A stretch of DNA of 53,872 nucleotides, taken from NCBI GenBank assembly GCA_964487265.1, contig CAZAQK010000002.1:1-53872 (forward strand). The letters run 5' to 3'. Position numbers and translations under genes: made by a program. The notes beneath the pieces were generated by a model. The model was not told the DNA's origin, did no database searches, and saw nothing but the letters and a program-made list of their open reading frames with translations. This document shows, in pieces, positions 19,264 through 28,725 of this stretch (positions are counted from its first letter, which is position 1; every line of letters begins with the position of its first letter). Source of the stretch: an uncultured Rickettsiales bacterium (lineage in GTDB: Bacteria; Pseudomonadota; Alphaproteobacteria; Rickettsiales; SXRF01).

Positions 19264-19883
19264 CCACAGCACTCTCCGGCGTAATGCCCAAACTGCTCAA
19301 AGCCCGCCAGTATCACAGCCGTATTTTTGCGGTGGTGATGGTGGCGATATTGCTGGTGGCAGAACCGCGCCTCGGCTGGAGCCTGGCGCGCAATGGCCTG
19401 ATATTTTTGGGCTACGCGCTTATCATCGTTGGTACTTTTGGCCGTGCGTATTGCTCGGTGTTCATTGGTGGCCGTAAGAATGATGTGGTGGTACGCAGCG
19501 GGCCGTTTTCCGTGGTGCGTAACCCGTTATATGTATTTTCCTTTATTGCGCTGGCGGGTGTGGGCATGCAATCGGGCATGTTAAGTGTCACCATTTTCCT
19601 GCTTGGTGCATTCTGCCTGTATTATCCGAAGGTGGTGGCGAAGGAAGAAGCCTTCCTTGCACATAAATTCGGCGAGCAATATGCGCAATATACGCGTGAA
19701 GTGCCGCGCTGGATCCCGAATATGGATCTGTGGCGTGAACCGGAATATGTAGAAGTCATGCCGAAATTCGTGCGCAAGACCATGATGGATGCTTCTATAT
19801 TTTTCCTTGCACTGCCGTGCTTTGTGCTGATCTCATTGCTGCACCGTGCAGATGTGCTGCCTGTGTGGCTGGTGCTGCCGTGA
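19260..19883 (+). CDS. Isoprenylcysteine carboxyl methyltransferase (ICMT/PEMT-like) family membrane protein
   Basis: 207 aa and multi-TM. GPFSVVRNPLYVFSFIALAG and EEAFLAHKFGEQYAQYTREVPRW are typical of the ICMT family. ATGA overlap with the comEC stop. Confidence 0.72.
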   Translation: MTTALSGVMPKLLKARQYHSRIFAVVMVAILLVAEPRLGWSLARNGLIFLGYALIIVGTFGRAYCSVFIGGRKNDVVVRSGPFSVVRNPLYVFSFIALAGVGMQSGMLSVTIFLLGAFCLYYPKVVAKEEAFLAHKFGEQYAQYTREVPRWIPNMDLWREPEYVEVMPKFVRKTMMDASIFFLALPCFVLISLLHRADVLPVWLVLP

Positions 19884-22048
19884 ACCCATCGGCTGCAGTT
19901 GAATCATCAAACGCACTGCTGGATGTATTGAACCCCGAGCAGCGCAAAGCCGTGGAAGCTACGCAAGGGGCGGTGCTGGTGCTGGCTGGTGCTGGCACGG
20001 GCAAAACCCGGGTGCTCACTACGCGCATTGCACATATTCTCATGAGCAGGCTTGCTTACCCCGGTGAAATCCTGGCGGTGACATTTACTAATAAAGCGGC
20101 GCGTGAAATGGTGGAGCGGGTGAACCATCTCACCGGCACATCGCAATCCATCTGGCTGGGCACATTCCATTCCATTGGTGTGCGCATCATTCGTCGCCAT
20201 GCCGAAAAACTTGGGCTGACTTCAAGCTTCACGATCCTTGATGAAGATGACCAGTTGCGTTTGCTGAAGGCGATTTTGGCTGAGCAGCATATCGACGAGA
20301 AATCACTGCCGCCGAAACTTTTTAAGTCGATCATCCAAAGCTGGAAAGACCAGGCACTCACGGCAGATAAACTCACGAGCGGCAAGGATATGCAGGCCGC
20401 CGGTGGTTATGGCATGAAGGTGTATAAAGCCTATCAGGACAGGCTGAAGCAGCTCAATGCCGTGGATTTTGGTGATCTGATTTTGCATATGATCACGCTG
20501 TTTTCCCAGCATGAGGAAGTGCTTTTGGAATATTCGCGGCGGTTCAAATATATTCTGGTCGATGAGTACCAAGATACCAACGTGGCGCAATATCTGTGGC
20601 TCAGGCTGCTTGCTTCCTATCACAAAAACATTTGCTGCGTGGGTGATGACGACCAGTCTATTTATAGCTGGCGTGGTGCTGAAGTGGGCAACATTCTGCG
20701 CTTTGAGCGCGACTTTCCGGATGCCACCGTGGTGCGGCTTGAGTGCAATTACCGCTCCACACCGCATATATTAGGTGCGGCGAGTGCGCTCATTGCCAAT
20801 AATCAGGGCAGGCTGGGCAAGACGCTGTGGACGCCGGAAAAAGAAGGCGACAAGATACGCCTGCGTTCTGTGTGGGATGAGGGCGAGGAAGCCCGTTTCA
20901 TCGGTGAAGAAATTGAGCAGCAGCAACGAAGCAAAATTCCACTGAACCAGATGGCGATTTTAGTGCGTGCAGGTTTCCAGACGCGCGCGTTTGAAGAACG
21001 TTTCCTGACCATGGGTATTCCATATCGTGTGGTTGGCGGCCTGCGTTTCTATGAACGGCAGGAAATTCGTGATGCTGTGGCGTATCTTCGCGTTATCGCA
21101 AGCCCGGCTGATGATCTGGCGTTTGAGCGCATCATCAATGTACCCCGCCGGGGTATCGGGCAGGCGACATTACAGCAGTTGCATAACACGGCGCGCAGCA
21201 TGAACAGTTCGCTTTATAATGCCACGGTGCATCTGCTGCAAAGTGGCGGCATCAAAGGAAAGCTGGCCAGTGCTTTGAATAAATTCATCAGCCAATGTGA
21301 AAACTGGCGGGGAAAAATTACCACCATGCCACTTGCTGAAGTGGTGGACCTTGTGCTGGAAGAAAGCGGCTACCGCGCGATGTGGCAACAGGAAAAAACG
21401 CCGGATGCGGCTGGCAGACTAGACAACTTAAAGGAATTGGTGCGCGCGATGGGCGAATTTGAAACCATCCATGCATTCCTTGAGCATGTGAGCCTCGTGA
21501 CTGAAGCAGCTAGTGCCGGCATGGATACCGACATGGTAAGCCTGATGACACTGCATGCGGCCAAGGGGTTGGAGTTCGATGTAGTCTTCCTGCCAGGGTG
21601 GGAAGAGGGATTGTTCCCCAGTCAGCGCTCGGTGGATGAAAGCGGCATGAAGGGGTTGGAAGAAGAGCGCAGGCTTGCCTATGTGGGCATCACCCGCGCG
21701 CGCAAAAAACTCTATATCAGCCATGCGGCCAACCGCCGCATTTATAACCAGTGGCAGAACAGCATTCCTTCGCGCTTCATTGGCGAGATTCCACCGGACT
21801 ATGTGGAGAAGCTGATCGGCGGGGTATATGCGGCCGTGCGCCCAACCATCCAGAGCTGGAAGAATGAGGTTGCAGATATCCTTGATTCACACCTGCGAGG
21901 AGAGGATAAATTCAAAATAGGTAGCAGAATATTTCACCAGAAATTTGGCTATGGCCGAGTGCAAGCCGTGAGTGGTGATAATGTTGAGATTGAATTTGAG
22001 AAGGCTGGTCGGCAAAAGGTGAAAGCTGGTTTCATAGAATCTACTTAA
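19880..22048 (+). CDS. uvrD: ATP-dependent DNA helicase, UvrD/Rep/PcrA family
   Basis: LNPEQRKAVE, VLAGAGTGKT (Walker A), ILVDEYQDTN, CVGDDDQSIYSWRGA, TLHAAKGLEF, YVGITRARKKLY. The GTG at 19880 (GTGA overlap with the upstream stop) is my preferred start. The track ORF begins at 19817. Confidence 0.9.
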   Translation: MNPSAAVESSNALLDVLNPEQRKAVEATQGAVLVLAGAGTGKTRVLTTRIAHILMSRLAYPGEILAVTFTNKAAREMVERVNHLTGTSQSIWLGTFHSIGVRIIRRHAEKLGLTSSFTILDEDDQLRLLKAILAEQHIDEKSLPPKLFKSIIQSWKDQALTADKLTSGKDMQAAGGYGMKVYKAYQDRLKQLNAVDFGDLILHMITLFSQHEEVLLEYSRRFKYILVDEYQDTNVAQYLWLRLLASYHKNICCVGDDDQSIYSWRGAEVGNILRFERDFPDATVVRLECNYRSTPHILGAASALIANNQGRLGKTLWTPEKEGDKIRLRSVWDEGEEARFIGEEIEQQQRSKIPLNQMAILVRAGFQTRAFEERFLTMGIPYRVVGGLRFYERQEIRDAVAYLRVIASPADDLAFERIINVPRRGIGQATLQQLHNTARSMNSSLYNATVHLLQSGGIKGKLASALNKFISQCENWRGKITTMPLAEVVDLVLEESGYRAMWQQEKTPDAAGRLDNLKELVRAMGEFETIHAFLEHVSLVTEAASAGMDTDMVSLMTLHAAKGLEFDVVFLPGWEEGLFPSQRSVDESGMKGLEEERRLAYVGITRARKKLYISHAANRRIYNQWQNSIPSRFIGEIPPDYVEKLIGGVYAAVRPTIQSWKNEVADILDSHLRGEDKFKIGSRIFHQKFGYGRVQAVSGDNVEIEFEKAGRQKVKAGFIEST

Positions 22049-22051
22049 TAT

Positions 22052-22114
22052 TGTCACCCCGCCGTATGGCGGGGTCTGGTAAAAACCGGATGCCGTCATA
22101 AAGACGGCATGACA
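22052..22114. repeat. Two-hairpin palindromic element, family B, copy 2 (63 bp), just after the uvrD stop
   Basis: TGTCA-CCCCGCC GTAT GGCGGGG-TC...ATGCCGTC ATAAA GACGGCAT-GACA. Confidence 0.85.
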
Positions 22115-22166
22115 AGTGCGCTATTTCTTGTTTACCATGCCGTAAAGCTCATATATTCTGCGCATC

Positions 22167-23252
22167 ATGCAGAAAAAACATCTTGTTATTGGCCTTGTTC
22201 TGGTTGCTGCCGGTGCGGCGGTTTATTTCTTCTCCGGCGGCGATGAAGGTGTAGGGCCTAAAACACAGGCCGTTACCATTCGCGCCGATACGGTGAAAGT
22301 GCAGGATATGCCCATCAATATCGCGCAGGTGGGAACCGTGGTGGCAAACCAGACTGTTGCCGTGCGCTCCCGCCTTGATTCGCAACTGGTGGAAGTAAAA
22401 TTCAAGGATGGCGATGCGGTACAGGAGGGCGATGTGCTTTTTGTGCTGGATGACAAGGCACTGACCGCGCAGCTCCGGCAGGCACAGGCAACGCTTGCGA
22501 ACCTGAAGGCACAATATGAGCGCTCAAAAGCGCTTATTCTGAAGAAGTTTATTTCGCAGGCGGACCTCGATAAGGCATTGGCTGATTATGAATCACAGAA
22601 AGCCGCGGCAGATGTTATCGCCACCCAACTGGAATATACGCGCATTACCGCGCCCATCAGCGGCCGCACCGGCACCATCAATGTAACGCTGGGTAATACT
22701 GTGAAAGCGAACGACACGACCCCGCTTGTCACCATCAACCAGTTAAAGCCGATACGTGTGCAGGTGTCGCTGCCGCAGCAATATCTCGATTCGGTGCGCA
22801 CGGCTATGGCGCAGGGTGAAGTGCTGGTTTCGGCACGGCGCGATAATGCAGCAGAAGCAGGCGCATCACAGGGAAAGCTGGAATATATTGATAACACGGT
22901 GGATCAAGCATCCGGCACGTTTGCGGCGCGCGCACTTTTTGCCAATGAGGATGAAGCGCTCTGGCCGGGCATGTTCGTAACACTTGAACTCACACTCGGT
23001 GAGCAGAAGCAAGCCCTTACCATTCCGGAAGTGGCCATTCAGCGCGGGCAGGAGGAAGATTTTGTGTTCGTGATTCAGGGCAATAAAGCTGAGCGCAGGG
23101 CAGTGAAGATACTGCGCATACAATCTAACACCGCGGTGATCGATTCTGGCCTGAAGGCAGGCGAAACGGTGGCTGTGGATGGGTTGATGTCGCTCAAAAG
23201 TGGCAGTGATGTAACGGTCAATAGTGCTAAATCTGAAGAAAAGATTCAATAA
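22167..23252 (+). CDS. RND efflux periplasmic adaptor (membrane fusion protein, AcrA/MdtA-like)
   Basis: 361 aa. N-terminal anchor, lipoyl/hairpin region (VKFKDGDAVQEGDVLFVLD ... coiled coil ... ITAPISGRTG) and beta-barrel domains. Immediately upstream of the RND permease. Confidence 0.88.
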   Translation: MQKKHLVIGLVLVAAGAAVYFFSGGDEGVGPKTQAVTIRADTVKVQDMPINIAQVGTVVANQTVAVRSRLDSQLVEVKFKDGDAVQEGDVLFVLDDKALTAQLRQAQATLANLKAQYERSKALILKKFISQADLDKALADYESQKAAADVIATQLEYTRITAPISGRTGTINVTLGNTVKANDTTPLVTINQLKPIRVQVSLPQQYLDSVRTAMAQGEVLVSARRDNAAEAGASQGKLEYIDNTVDQASGTFAARALFANEDEALWPGMFVTLELTLGEQKQALTIPEVAIQRGQEEDFVFVIQGNKAERRAVKILRIQSNTAVIDSGLKAGETVAVDGLMSLKSGSDVTVNSAKSEEKIQ

Positions 23253-23254
23253 TG

Positions 23255-23340
23255 TGTCATCCTGAGCGAGCGAATGCGAGTCGAAGGATGTATTTATAAG
23301 ATTCTTCGACTTCGGCTTAGGGCCTTCGCTCAGAATGACA
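23255..23340 (+). repeat. Palindromic MITE-like element, family A, copy 2 (86 bp), in the MFP-RND spacer
   Basis: TGTCATCCTGAGCGAGCGAATGCGAGTCGAAGGAT...ATTCTTCGACTTCGGCTTAGGGCCTTCGCTCAGAATGACA. Confidence 0.9.
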
Positions 23341-23356
23341 AGTAAAGGTAAGTGCG

Positions 23357-26300
23357 ATGAATATTTCTGAATTCTGCATCCGTCGGCCGGTATTTACCAT
23401 CCTCCTGATGGCGGCGATACTGGTGGGGGGTATTGCGGGCTATCGTGCACTTCCGGTATCCGCCCTGCCGAACGTGGATTTCCCGACTATTGAGGTGAGT
23501 GCCAACCTCGCCGGTGCCAGCCCGGAGACGATGGCGTCATCAGTGGCCATGCCGCTTGAGCGGCAATTCTCACTGATACCTGGCATCAGCTCCATGACAT
23601 CAACGAGTTTCCTCGGTAGCACGCAGATCACTTTGCAGTTCGATCTCGACCGCGACATTGACGGCGCGGCACTTGATGTGCAAACGGCTATCTCCGCCGC
23701 ACTCCGTCGCCTGCCTGAGGAGATGACCACTCCGCCTTCCTTCCGCAAGAACAATCCATCTGACCAGCCGGTGCTGTTCGTTGCCGTATCTTCACCCACG
23801 ATTTCGCTTTCACAGATCACTGAATATGCCGACACGGTGATGGCGCAGCGCATATCCACGCTTCCCGGAGTGGCGCAGGTGCAGGTGTATGGCTCGCAGA
23901 AATTTGCCGTGCGCATCAAAGTTGACCCGGAACGCCTGGCAGTGCAGGGCATCAGTATCGATGAAGTGCGTGATGCCGTGAAAGCGGCGGCCTCGAATGC
24001 GCCTGTGGGCATTATCAGTGGCATGAAGCAGCTTTATAACCTTGATGTATCTGGCCAGCCGCGCAATGGCGAAGCATTTGGCAATCTCATCATTGCATGG
24101 CGCGATGGCGCGCCGGTGCGCCTGAAGGAAATCGCTGAAGTAACGGATAGCGTCGAAGATAAACGCTCTATCAGTTACATGAATGGCCAGCAATCTGTGG
24201 TACTGGCTATCCAGCGGCAGCCTGATGCCAACACGATCGATGTGGTGAAACGTGTGCGTGAACTCATCCCGCAGTTCCGCAGCCAGATACCGCCTTCCAT
24301 CGAGCTTACGCCTATGTTCGACCGCTCGGTTGCTGTACGCCACGCGGTGGATGATGTACAATTCACACTGTTTTTGACCATTGGGCTTGTCATTGCTGTT
24401 ATCTTCCTGTTCCTGAAAAATATACGTGCCACGATGATCCCGGCTCTCGCCGTGCCACTTTCCATTATCGCTACTTATGGCGTGATGTCGCTGATGGGAT
24501 TTTCCATCAATAATATTTCACTGCTTGCACTCACGCTTTGTGTTGGCTTCGTGGTGGATGATGCCATCGTAATGCTGGAAAATATCATCCGTTATATTGA
24601 AAAGGGCATGTCGCCGTTCGAAGCGGCCATCAAAGGTGCGCGCGAGATCGGTTTTACCATCATATCGATCACACTTTCGCTGGTGGCGGTATTCATTCCG
24701 GTGCTGTTCATGGGGGGGGTGATTGGCCGCGTGTTCAATGAATTTGCGGTGACTATCAGTGTCGCGATTTTGATTTCAGGCCTTGTATCGCTGACACTTA
24801 CTCCTATGCTCTGCGCCCGCCTGCTTAAGCCCCATGAGGAAGAAAGTGATTTCTCGAAAAAGCTGGAAGCTGGCTTCCAGTGGTTGCTTTCGAAATATGA
24901 TGGCTCGCTGAAATGGGCGATAAAACATAAATTCGCCATGCTGATGCTGACGCTTGCCAGCGTGGTTGCCAGCGTATGGCTTTTCATCATCGCGCCAAAA
25001 GGCTTCTTCCCGCTGGAGGATACTGGCTTCGTATTCGGGCAGACTGAGGCTGCGCAGGATATTTCCTTCGATGCCATGGTGGAAAAGCAAAAGCGCGTGG
25101 CCGAAGTGGTACGGGCTGATCCGGCGGTGGATAATGTGTTTTATGCGGTAGGTGGTGGGCGCGGTGCATTCAACTCTGGCCGCCTATTCTTCAGTTTGAA
25201 ACCACGCGCCGAGCGCGACAAGGCTGAGGATGTTATCAAGCGCCTGCGTCAGGCTACATCAAAAATTGAAGGGGTGAATGTGTTCATGCAGCCAGTGCAG
25301 AATATCCGCATCGGTGGCCGCCTGAGTAAAAGCCTCTACCAGTATACTCTCCAGAGCAGCAATCTGCAGGAAATGTATGTGTGGGCGGAAAAGATGGTGG
25401 AGGAAATGAGCAAAGTGCCCGGCTTCCTGGATGTGACATCCGATATGCAGCTTAAGAGTTTGCAGGTGCTGGTGCAGGTGGATCAGGAAAAAGCCGCAAG
25501 CCTTGGGCTGACCTATGACAGCATCCGCCAGTCATTATACAGTGCGTATGGCACGGCGCAGGTGGCAACGCTTTATACCTCAACCAATGATTATGCGGTA
25601 ATCGTAGAAGTGGCGGATTATTTCCAGCAATCACCGGAAAATATCGGCAGGCTTTATATCCAGAGCAACACAGGGAAGGTGATTCCGCTGGAGGCGGTGG
25701 CCACCATTTCGCGCGCGGTTGGGCCACTTTCGGTGAACCATCAGGGGCAAATGGCGGCGGTGACCATTTCATTCAACCTGGATAAGGGACTGGCTCTGGG
25801 CGATGCGGTGACTTCCATCAACAAGATCAAAACCGATCTTGGCATGCCTGAAAGCATCAGTGGTAATTTCCAGGGGGCGGCGCAGGTTTTCCAGTCATCC
25901 GAGCAGGGGCAGGGGATGCTTATCCTGATCTCGGTACTGGTTATCTACATCATACTTGGCATGCTGTATGAGAGTTTCATTCATCCCATTACCATCCTTT
26001 CTGGGTTGCCCTCGGCGGGTATCGGTGCTGTGCTGTGCCTCATGCTGTTCCAGATGGATCTGAGTGTTATTGCACTGGTGGGTATTATATTGCTCATTGG
26101 TATCGTGAAGAAGAACGCCATCATGATGGTGGATTTTGCCATCAGTGCGCGTGCAGAAGGCAAACCGGCGGAAGAGGCGATCTATCAGGCTTGCCTGCTG
26201 CGTTTCCGGCCGATCATGATGACCACCATGGCCGCTATTTTTGGTACGCTGCCTATTGCAGTGGGATATGGTGCGGGTGCGGAGTTGCGCCAGCCACTCG

Positions 26301-26434
26301 GTATCGCGGTCGTAGGCGGGCTGATGATCTCGCAGCTGCTGACACTATATATCACGCCGGTGATTTATTTATACCTGGAAAGGTTGAGCGCGCGCTTTAG
26401 AAAGAATACTGTCATTCTGAGCGAAGGCCGATAG
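23357..26434 (+). CDS. RND family efflux permease (AcrB/MdtB/MdtC-like)
   Basis: 1025 aa with 12-TM RND architecture. MNISEFCIRRPVFTILLM N-terminus, VVDDAIVMLENI, and the repeated second half VKKNAIMMVDF. The last 8 codons and the stop lie inside repeat copy A3. Confidence 0.94.
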   Translation: MNISEFCIRRPVFTILLMAAILVGGIAGYRALPVSALPNVDFPTIEVSANLAGASPETMASSVAMPLERQFSLIPGISSMTSTSFLGSTQITLQFDLDRDIDGAALDVQTAISAALRRLPEEMTTPPSFRKNNPSDQPVLFVAVSSPTISLSQITEYADTVMAQRISTLPGVAQVQVYGSQKFAVRIKVDPERLAVQGISIDEVRDAVKAAASNAPVGIISGMKQLYNLDVSGQPRNGEAFGNLIIAWRDGAPVRLKEIAEVTDSVEDKRSISYMNGQQSVVLAIQRQPDANTIDVVKRVRELIPQFRSQIPPSIELTPMFDRSVAVRHAVDDVQFTLFLTIGLVIAVIFLFLKNIRATMIPALAVPLSIIATYGVMSLMGFSINNISLLALTLCVGFVVDDAIVMLENIIRYIEKGMSPFEAAIKGAREIGFTIISITLSLVAVFIPVLFMGGVIGRVFNEFAVTISVAILISGLVSLTLTPMLCARLLKPHEEESDFSKKLEAGFQWLLSKYDGSLKWAIKHKFAMLMLTLASVVASVWLFIIAPKGFFPLEDTGFVFGQTEAAQDISFDAMVEKQKRVAEVVRADPAVDNVFYAVGGGRGAFNSGRLFFSLKPRAERDKAEDVIKRLRQATSKIEGVNVFMQPVQNIRIGGRLSKSLYQYTLQSSNLQEMYVWAEKMVEEMSKVPGFLDVTSDMQLKSLQVLVQVDQEKAASLGLTYDSIRQSLYSAYGTAQVATLYTSTNDYAVIVEVADYFQQSPENIGRLYIQSNTGKVIPLEAVATISRAVGPLSVNHQGQMAAVTISFNLDKGLALGDAVTSINKIKTDLGMPESISGNFQGAAQVFQSSEQGQGMLILISVLVIYIILGMLYESFIHPITILSGLPSAGIGAVLCLMLFQMDLSVIALVGIILLIGIVKKNAIMMVDFAISARAEGKPAEEAIYQACLLRFRPIMMTTMAAIFGTLPIAVGYGAGAELRQPLGIAVVGGLMISQLLTLYITPVIYLYLERLSARFRKNTVILSEGR

Positions 26435-26493
26435 GCCGAAGTCGAAGAATCTTATAAGATCCTTCGACTCGCATTCGCTCGTTCAGGATGACA
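26410..26493 (-). repeat. Palindromic MITE-like element, family A, copy 3 (84 bp, inverted relative to copies 1 and 2)
   Basis: The reverse complement aligns end to end with 23255-23340. Overlaps the RND CDS 3' end (26410-26434). Confidence 0.9.
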
Positions 26494-26503
26494 ATAAAAA
26501 ATG

Positions 26504-26689
26504 CTAATGCTTCTGGCTCGATTCATCCGGAAGTTCATCATCCGGCAGGTCATCCATTTCCACTACGGGCACAGAATAACCGCCGGTGAACCATTTACCT
26601 AAATCAAGGTCGGCGCAGCGTTTGCAGCAAAAGGGTGTGTAAGGTGCCTGTGCATCTTTCCCACAGAGTGGGCAGCCGGACTTAGCCAT
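26504..26689 (-). CDS. yacG: DNA gyrase inhibitor YacG (zinc finger)
   Basis: [11 protein letters not shown]...[15 protein letters not shown] matches the YacG CxxC...C..RC..IDLG.W pattern. Start at 26689 overlaps the rpe stop (ATGGCTAA). The track ORF extends to 26728. Confidence 0.8.
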   Translation of the reverse strand: MAKSGCPLCGKDAQAPYTPFCCKRCADLDLGKWFTGGYSVPVVEMDDLPDDELPDESSQKH

Positions 26690-27341
26690 GGCGGAGGGCG
26701 CGGATATTCTCCGCGTATTTTTCGGCATTGCCGGTGAATACGGCAGATCCAGCCACCAGCACGTTCGCGCCGGCGGCTATTACTTTTTGCGCCGTATCGG
26801 CATTGATGCCACCATCCACTTCAAGGTCGATCTCACGGCCAGACTTAGAAATCATGTTGCGAACTTCACGGATTTTATCCAACTGGCTGGCAATAAAACT
26901 CTGGCCACCGAATCCGGGATTCACCGTCATGATAAGAATCAGATCCACTTCATCCATCACATATTCCAGCACGGAAGCTGGAGTAGTCGGCACAATCGAA
27001 ACACCGCAGCGTTTGCCGTATGATTTGATATGGTGCAGCGTGCGGTTCAGGTGTGTGCAGGCTTCAGAATGCACGGTGATGATATCAGCACCAGCGCGGG
27101 CGTAGGACTCAATCGAGGCATCCGGTTTTTCGATCATCAGATGCACATCGAAGGTGAGTTTGCTGTGCGGGCGGATGGATTTAATGACCACTGGGCCAAT
27201 AGTGAGGTTCGGCACGAAATGCCCGTCCATCACATCGACATGCACATAATCGGCACCTGCTTCGGTGATAGCGCGGACTTCCTCGCCTAACTTGGCGAAA
27301 TCAGCGGATAAAATGGATGGTGCGATCTTGAGATTGGCCAT
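26682..27341 (-). CDS. rpe: Ribulose-phosphate 3-epimerase
   Basis: [45 protein letters not shown]. Confidence 0.94.
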   Translation of the reverse strand: MANLKIAPSILSADFAKLGEEVRAITEAGADYVHVDVMDGHFVPNLTIGPVVIKSIRPHSKLTFDVHLMIEKPDASIESYARAGADIITVHSEACTHLNRTLHHIKSYGKRCGVSIVPTTPASVLEYVMDEVDLILIMTVNPGFGGQSFIASQLDKIREVRNMISKSGREIDLEVDGGINADTAQKVIAAGANVLVAGSAVFTGNAEKYAENIRALRHG

Positions 27342-27372
27342 AATGCGATTTCCTATGCTTAATCCCTAAAGG

Positions 27373-28674
27373 TTAAACAGTTTTTGTCAACAACGCAGCA
27401 AAAAACCCATCCATTCCGCCATTTTCTGCTTTATGGCAGGGCAGGGTACGCAAAAAGCCATCGGGCGTGATATAGGGCGCAAAGGCGGGGTTTTGTATGG
27501 GCCCCAGGGATACGTCCTTCCTTTCAGCGAGGACGGATGTGATCTGCTGTTCGCCCTCTTCTGGTTGCAAAGAACATACAGCATAAACCAGCGCCCCGCC
27601 GGGCAGCAGCATATCCAGCGCGTGATGCAGCAGTTTTTTCTGGGTGGCGGCGAGACGGCTGATGTCATCTGGTGTTTTATTCAGTGCCACATCCGGGTGG
27701 CGGCGAAGCGTGCCGGTGGCAGAGCAGGGGGCATCTAGCAAGATGGCATCGGGCGTGAAAGCAGGTTTCCATTTGAACGCATCGGCGGCGATGCAATCGG
27801 CCCCGTAGCCAAGGCGGCTCAGGTTTTGTTTGAGCAGACTGATGCGGTTTTTGGAAATATCAATTGCGGTGACGTTGGCACCGCTAGCAACGAGCTGCGC
27901 GGTTTTGCCACCAGGTGCGGCGCAGATGTCAATGACGCGTTTATCCTTGATGTCGCCAAGCAACTGTGCAGGAATGCTGGCCGCCGCGTCCTGCACCCAC
28001 CACTGCCCTTCTGTGTAGCCGGCAAGATTTGTGACCGCACCGGGCTCTTGCAGGCGGATTCCGCCTTCGGGCAGCAATATGCCGCCGAGTTTTTCTGCCC
28101 ATTCGGCAGCATCAGATTTCACGGTGATATCAAGCGGTGCTTCAACCAGATGGGCATGTGCAATGTTGCGCGCCAATGCCTCGCCATATGCCTGCACCCA
28201 GCTCTCCCACAGCCATGCTGGTGTATTCAGCTTTCCGGCGTCCTGCGATGAAATGATCTTTGAGCCTTGCTCCGAGACGCGCTTGAGCACGGCATTCACA
28301 AGGCCGGTATATGGTAGCTGTCCTGATTGTTTGGCAAGTTCGACTGAGGAATGCACAGCCGCATGCGCTGGAATTTCCATCCACAATAATTGTGCCGCAC
28401 CCATACGGAGGATGTGCATGGTTCTGGACGATTTCTCATGCAGCGGCTGCTCGAGGAAATGTTTCAGTACATCATCGATCTGGCCGAGATGGCGGATGGT
28501 GGTGCGCGCCAACCGCTGGGCAAAGGCTTTATCCGGTGGGGGAAGGGTTGCAAAATCTGCATCGTCACCCCATGTATTCTCAAGCGGCAGCTTTTTATCC
28601 AGACACGATGACAGCGCGGCAAGGCAGCTTTGGCGCGAAGAAGGTGGTGAATTTGCTGTTTTGGTTGCGGTCAT
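27373..28674 (-). CDS. rsmB: 16S rRNA (cytosine-C5) methyltransferase RsmB/Sun
   Basis: N-terminal NusB-like domain. SAM methyltransferase motifs DICAAPGGKT, LLDAPCSATGTLRRHPD, YAVCSLQPEEGE. Confidence 0.88.
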   Translation of the reverse strand: MTATKTANSPPSSRQSCLAALSSCLDKKLPLENTWGDDADFATLPPPDKAFAQRLARTTIRHLGQIDDVLKHFLEQPLHEKSSRTMHILRMGAAQLLWMEIPAHAAVHSSVELAKQSGQLPYTGLVNAVLKRVSEQGSKIISSQDAGKLNTPAWLWESWVQAYGEALARNIAHAHLVEAPLDITVKSDAAEWAEKLGGILLPEGGIRLQEPGAVTNLAGYTEGQWWVQDAAASIPAQLLGDIKDKRVIDICAAPGGKTAQLVASGANVTAIDISKNRISLLKQNLSRLGYGADCIAADAFKWKPAFTPDAILLDAPCSATGTLRRHPDVALNKTPDDISRLAATQKKLLHHALDMLLPGGALVYAVCSLQPEEGEQQITSVLAERKDVSLGPIQNPAFAPYITPDGFLRTLPCHKAENGGMDGFFAALLTKTV

Positions 28675-28725
28675 TGTCTGGTAGATTCCTGAAGTTAGCG
28701 TTTATATGGCATAATGGAGGTAAAA

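Noticed and set aside
23255-26493. The family-A inverted pair might form a composite transposon carrying the RND gene.
   Set aside because: No transposase is present, and the cognate MFP gene lies outside the pair. The elements are only ~85 bp and also occur singly (4669-4751). Independent MITE insertions into gene ends are more likely, although the recombination potential remains (see findings).
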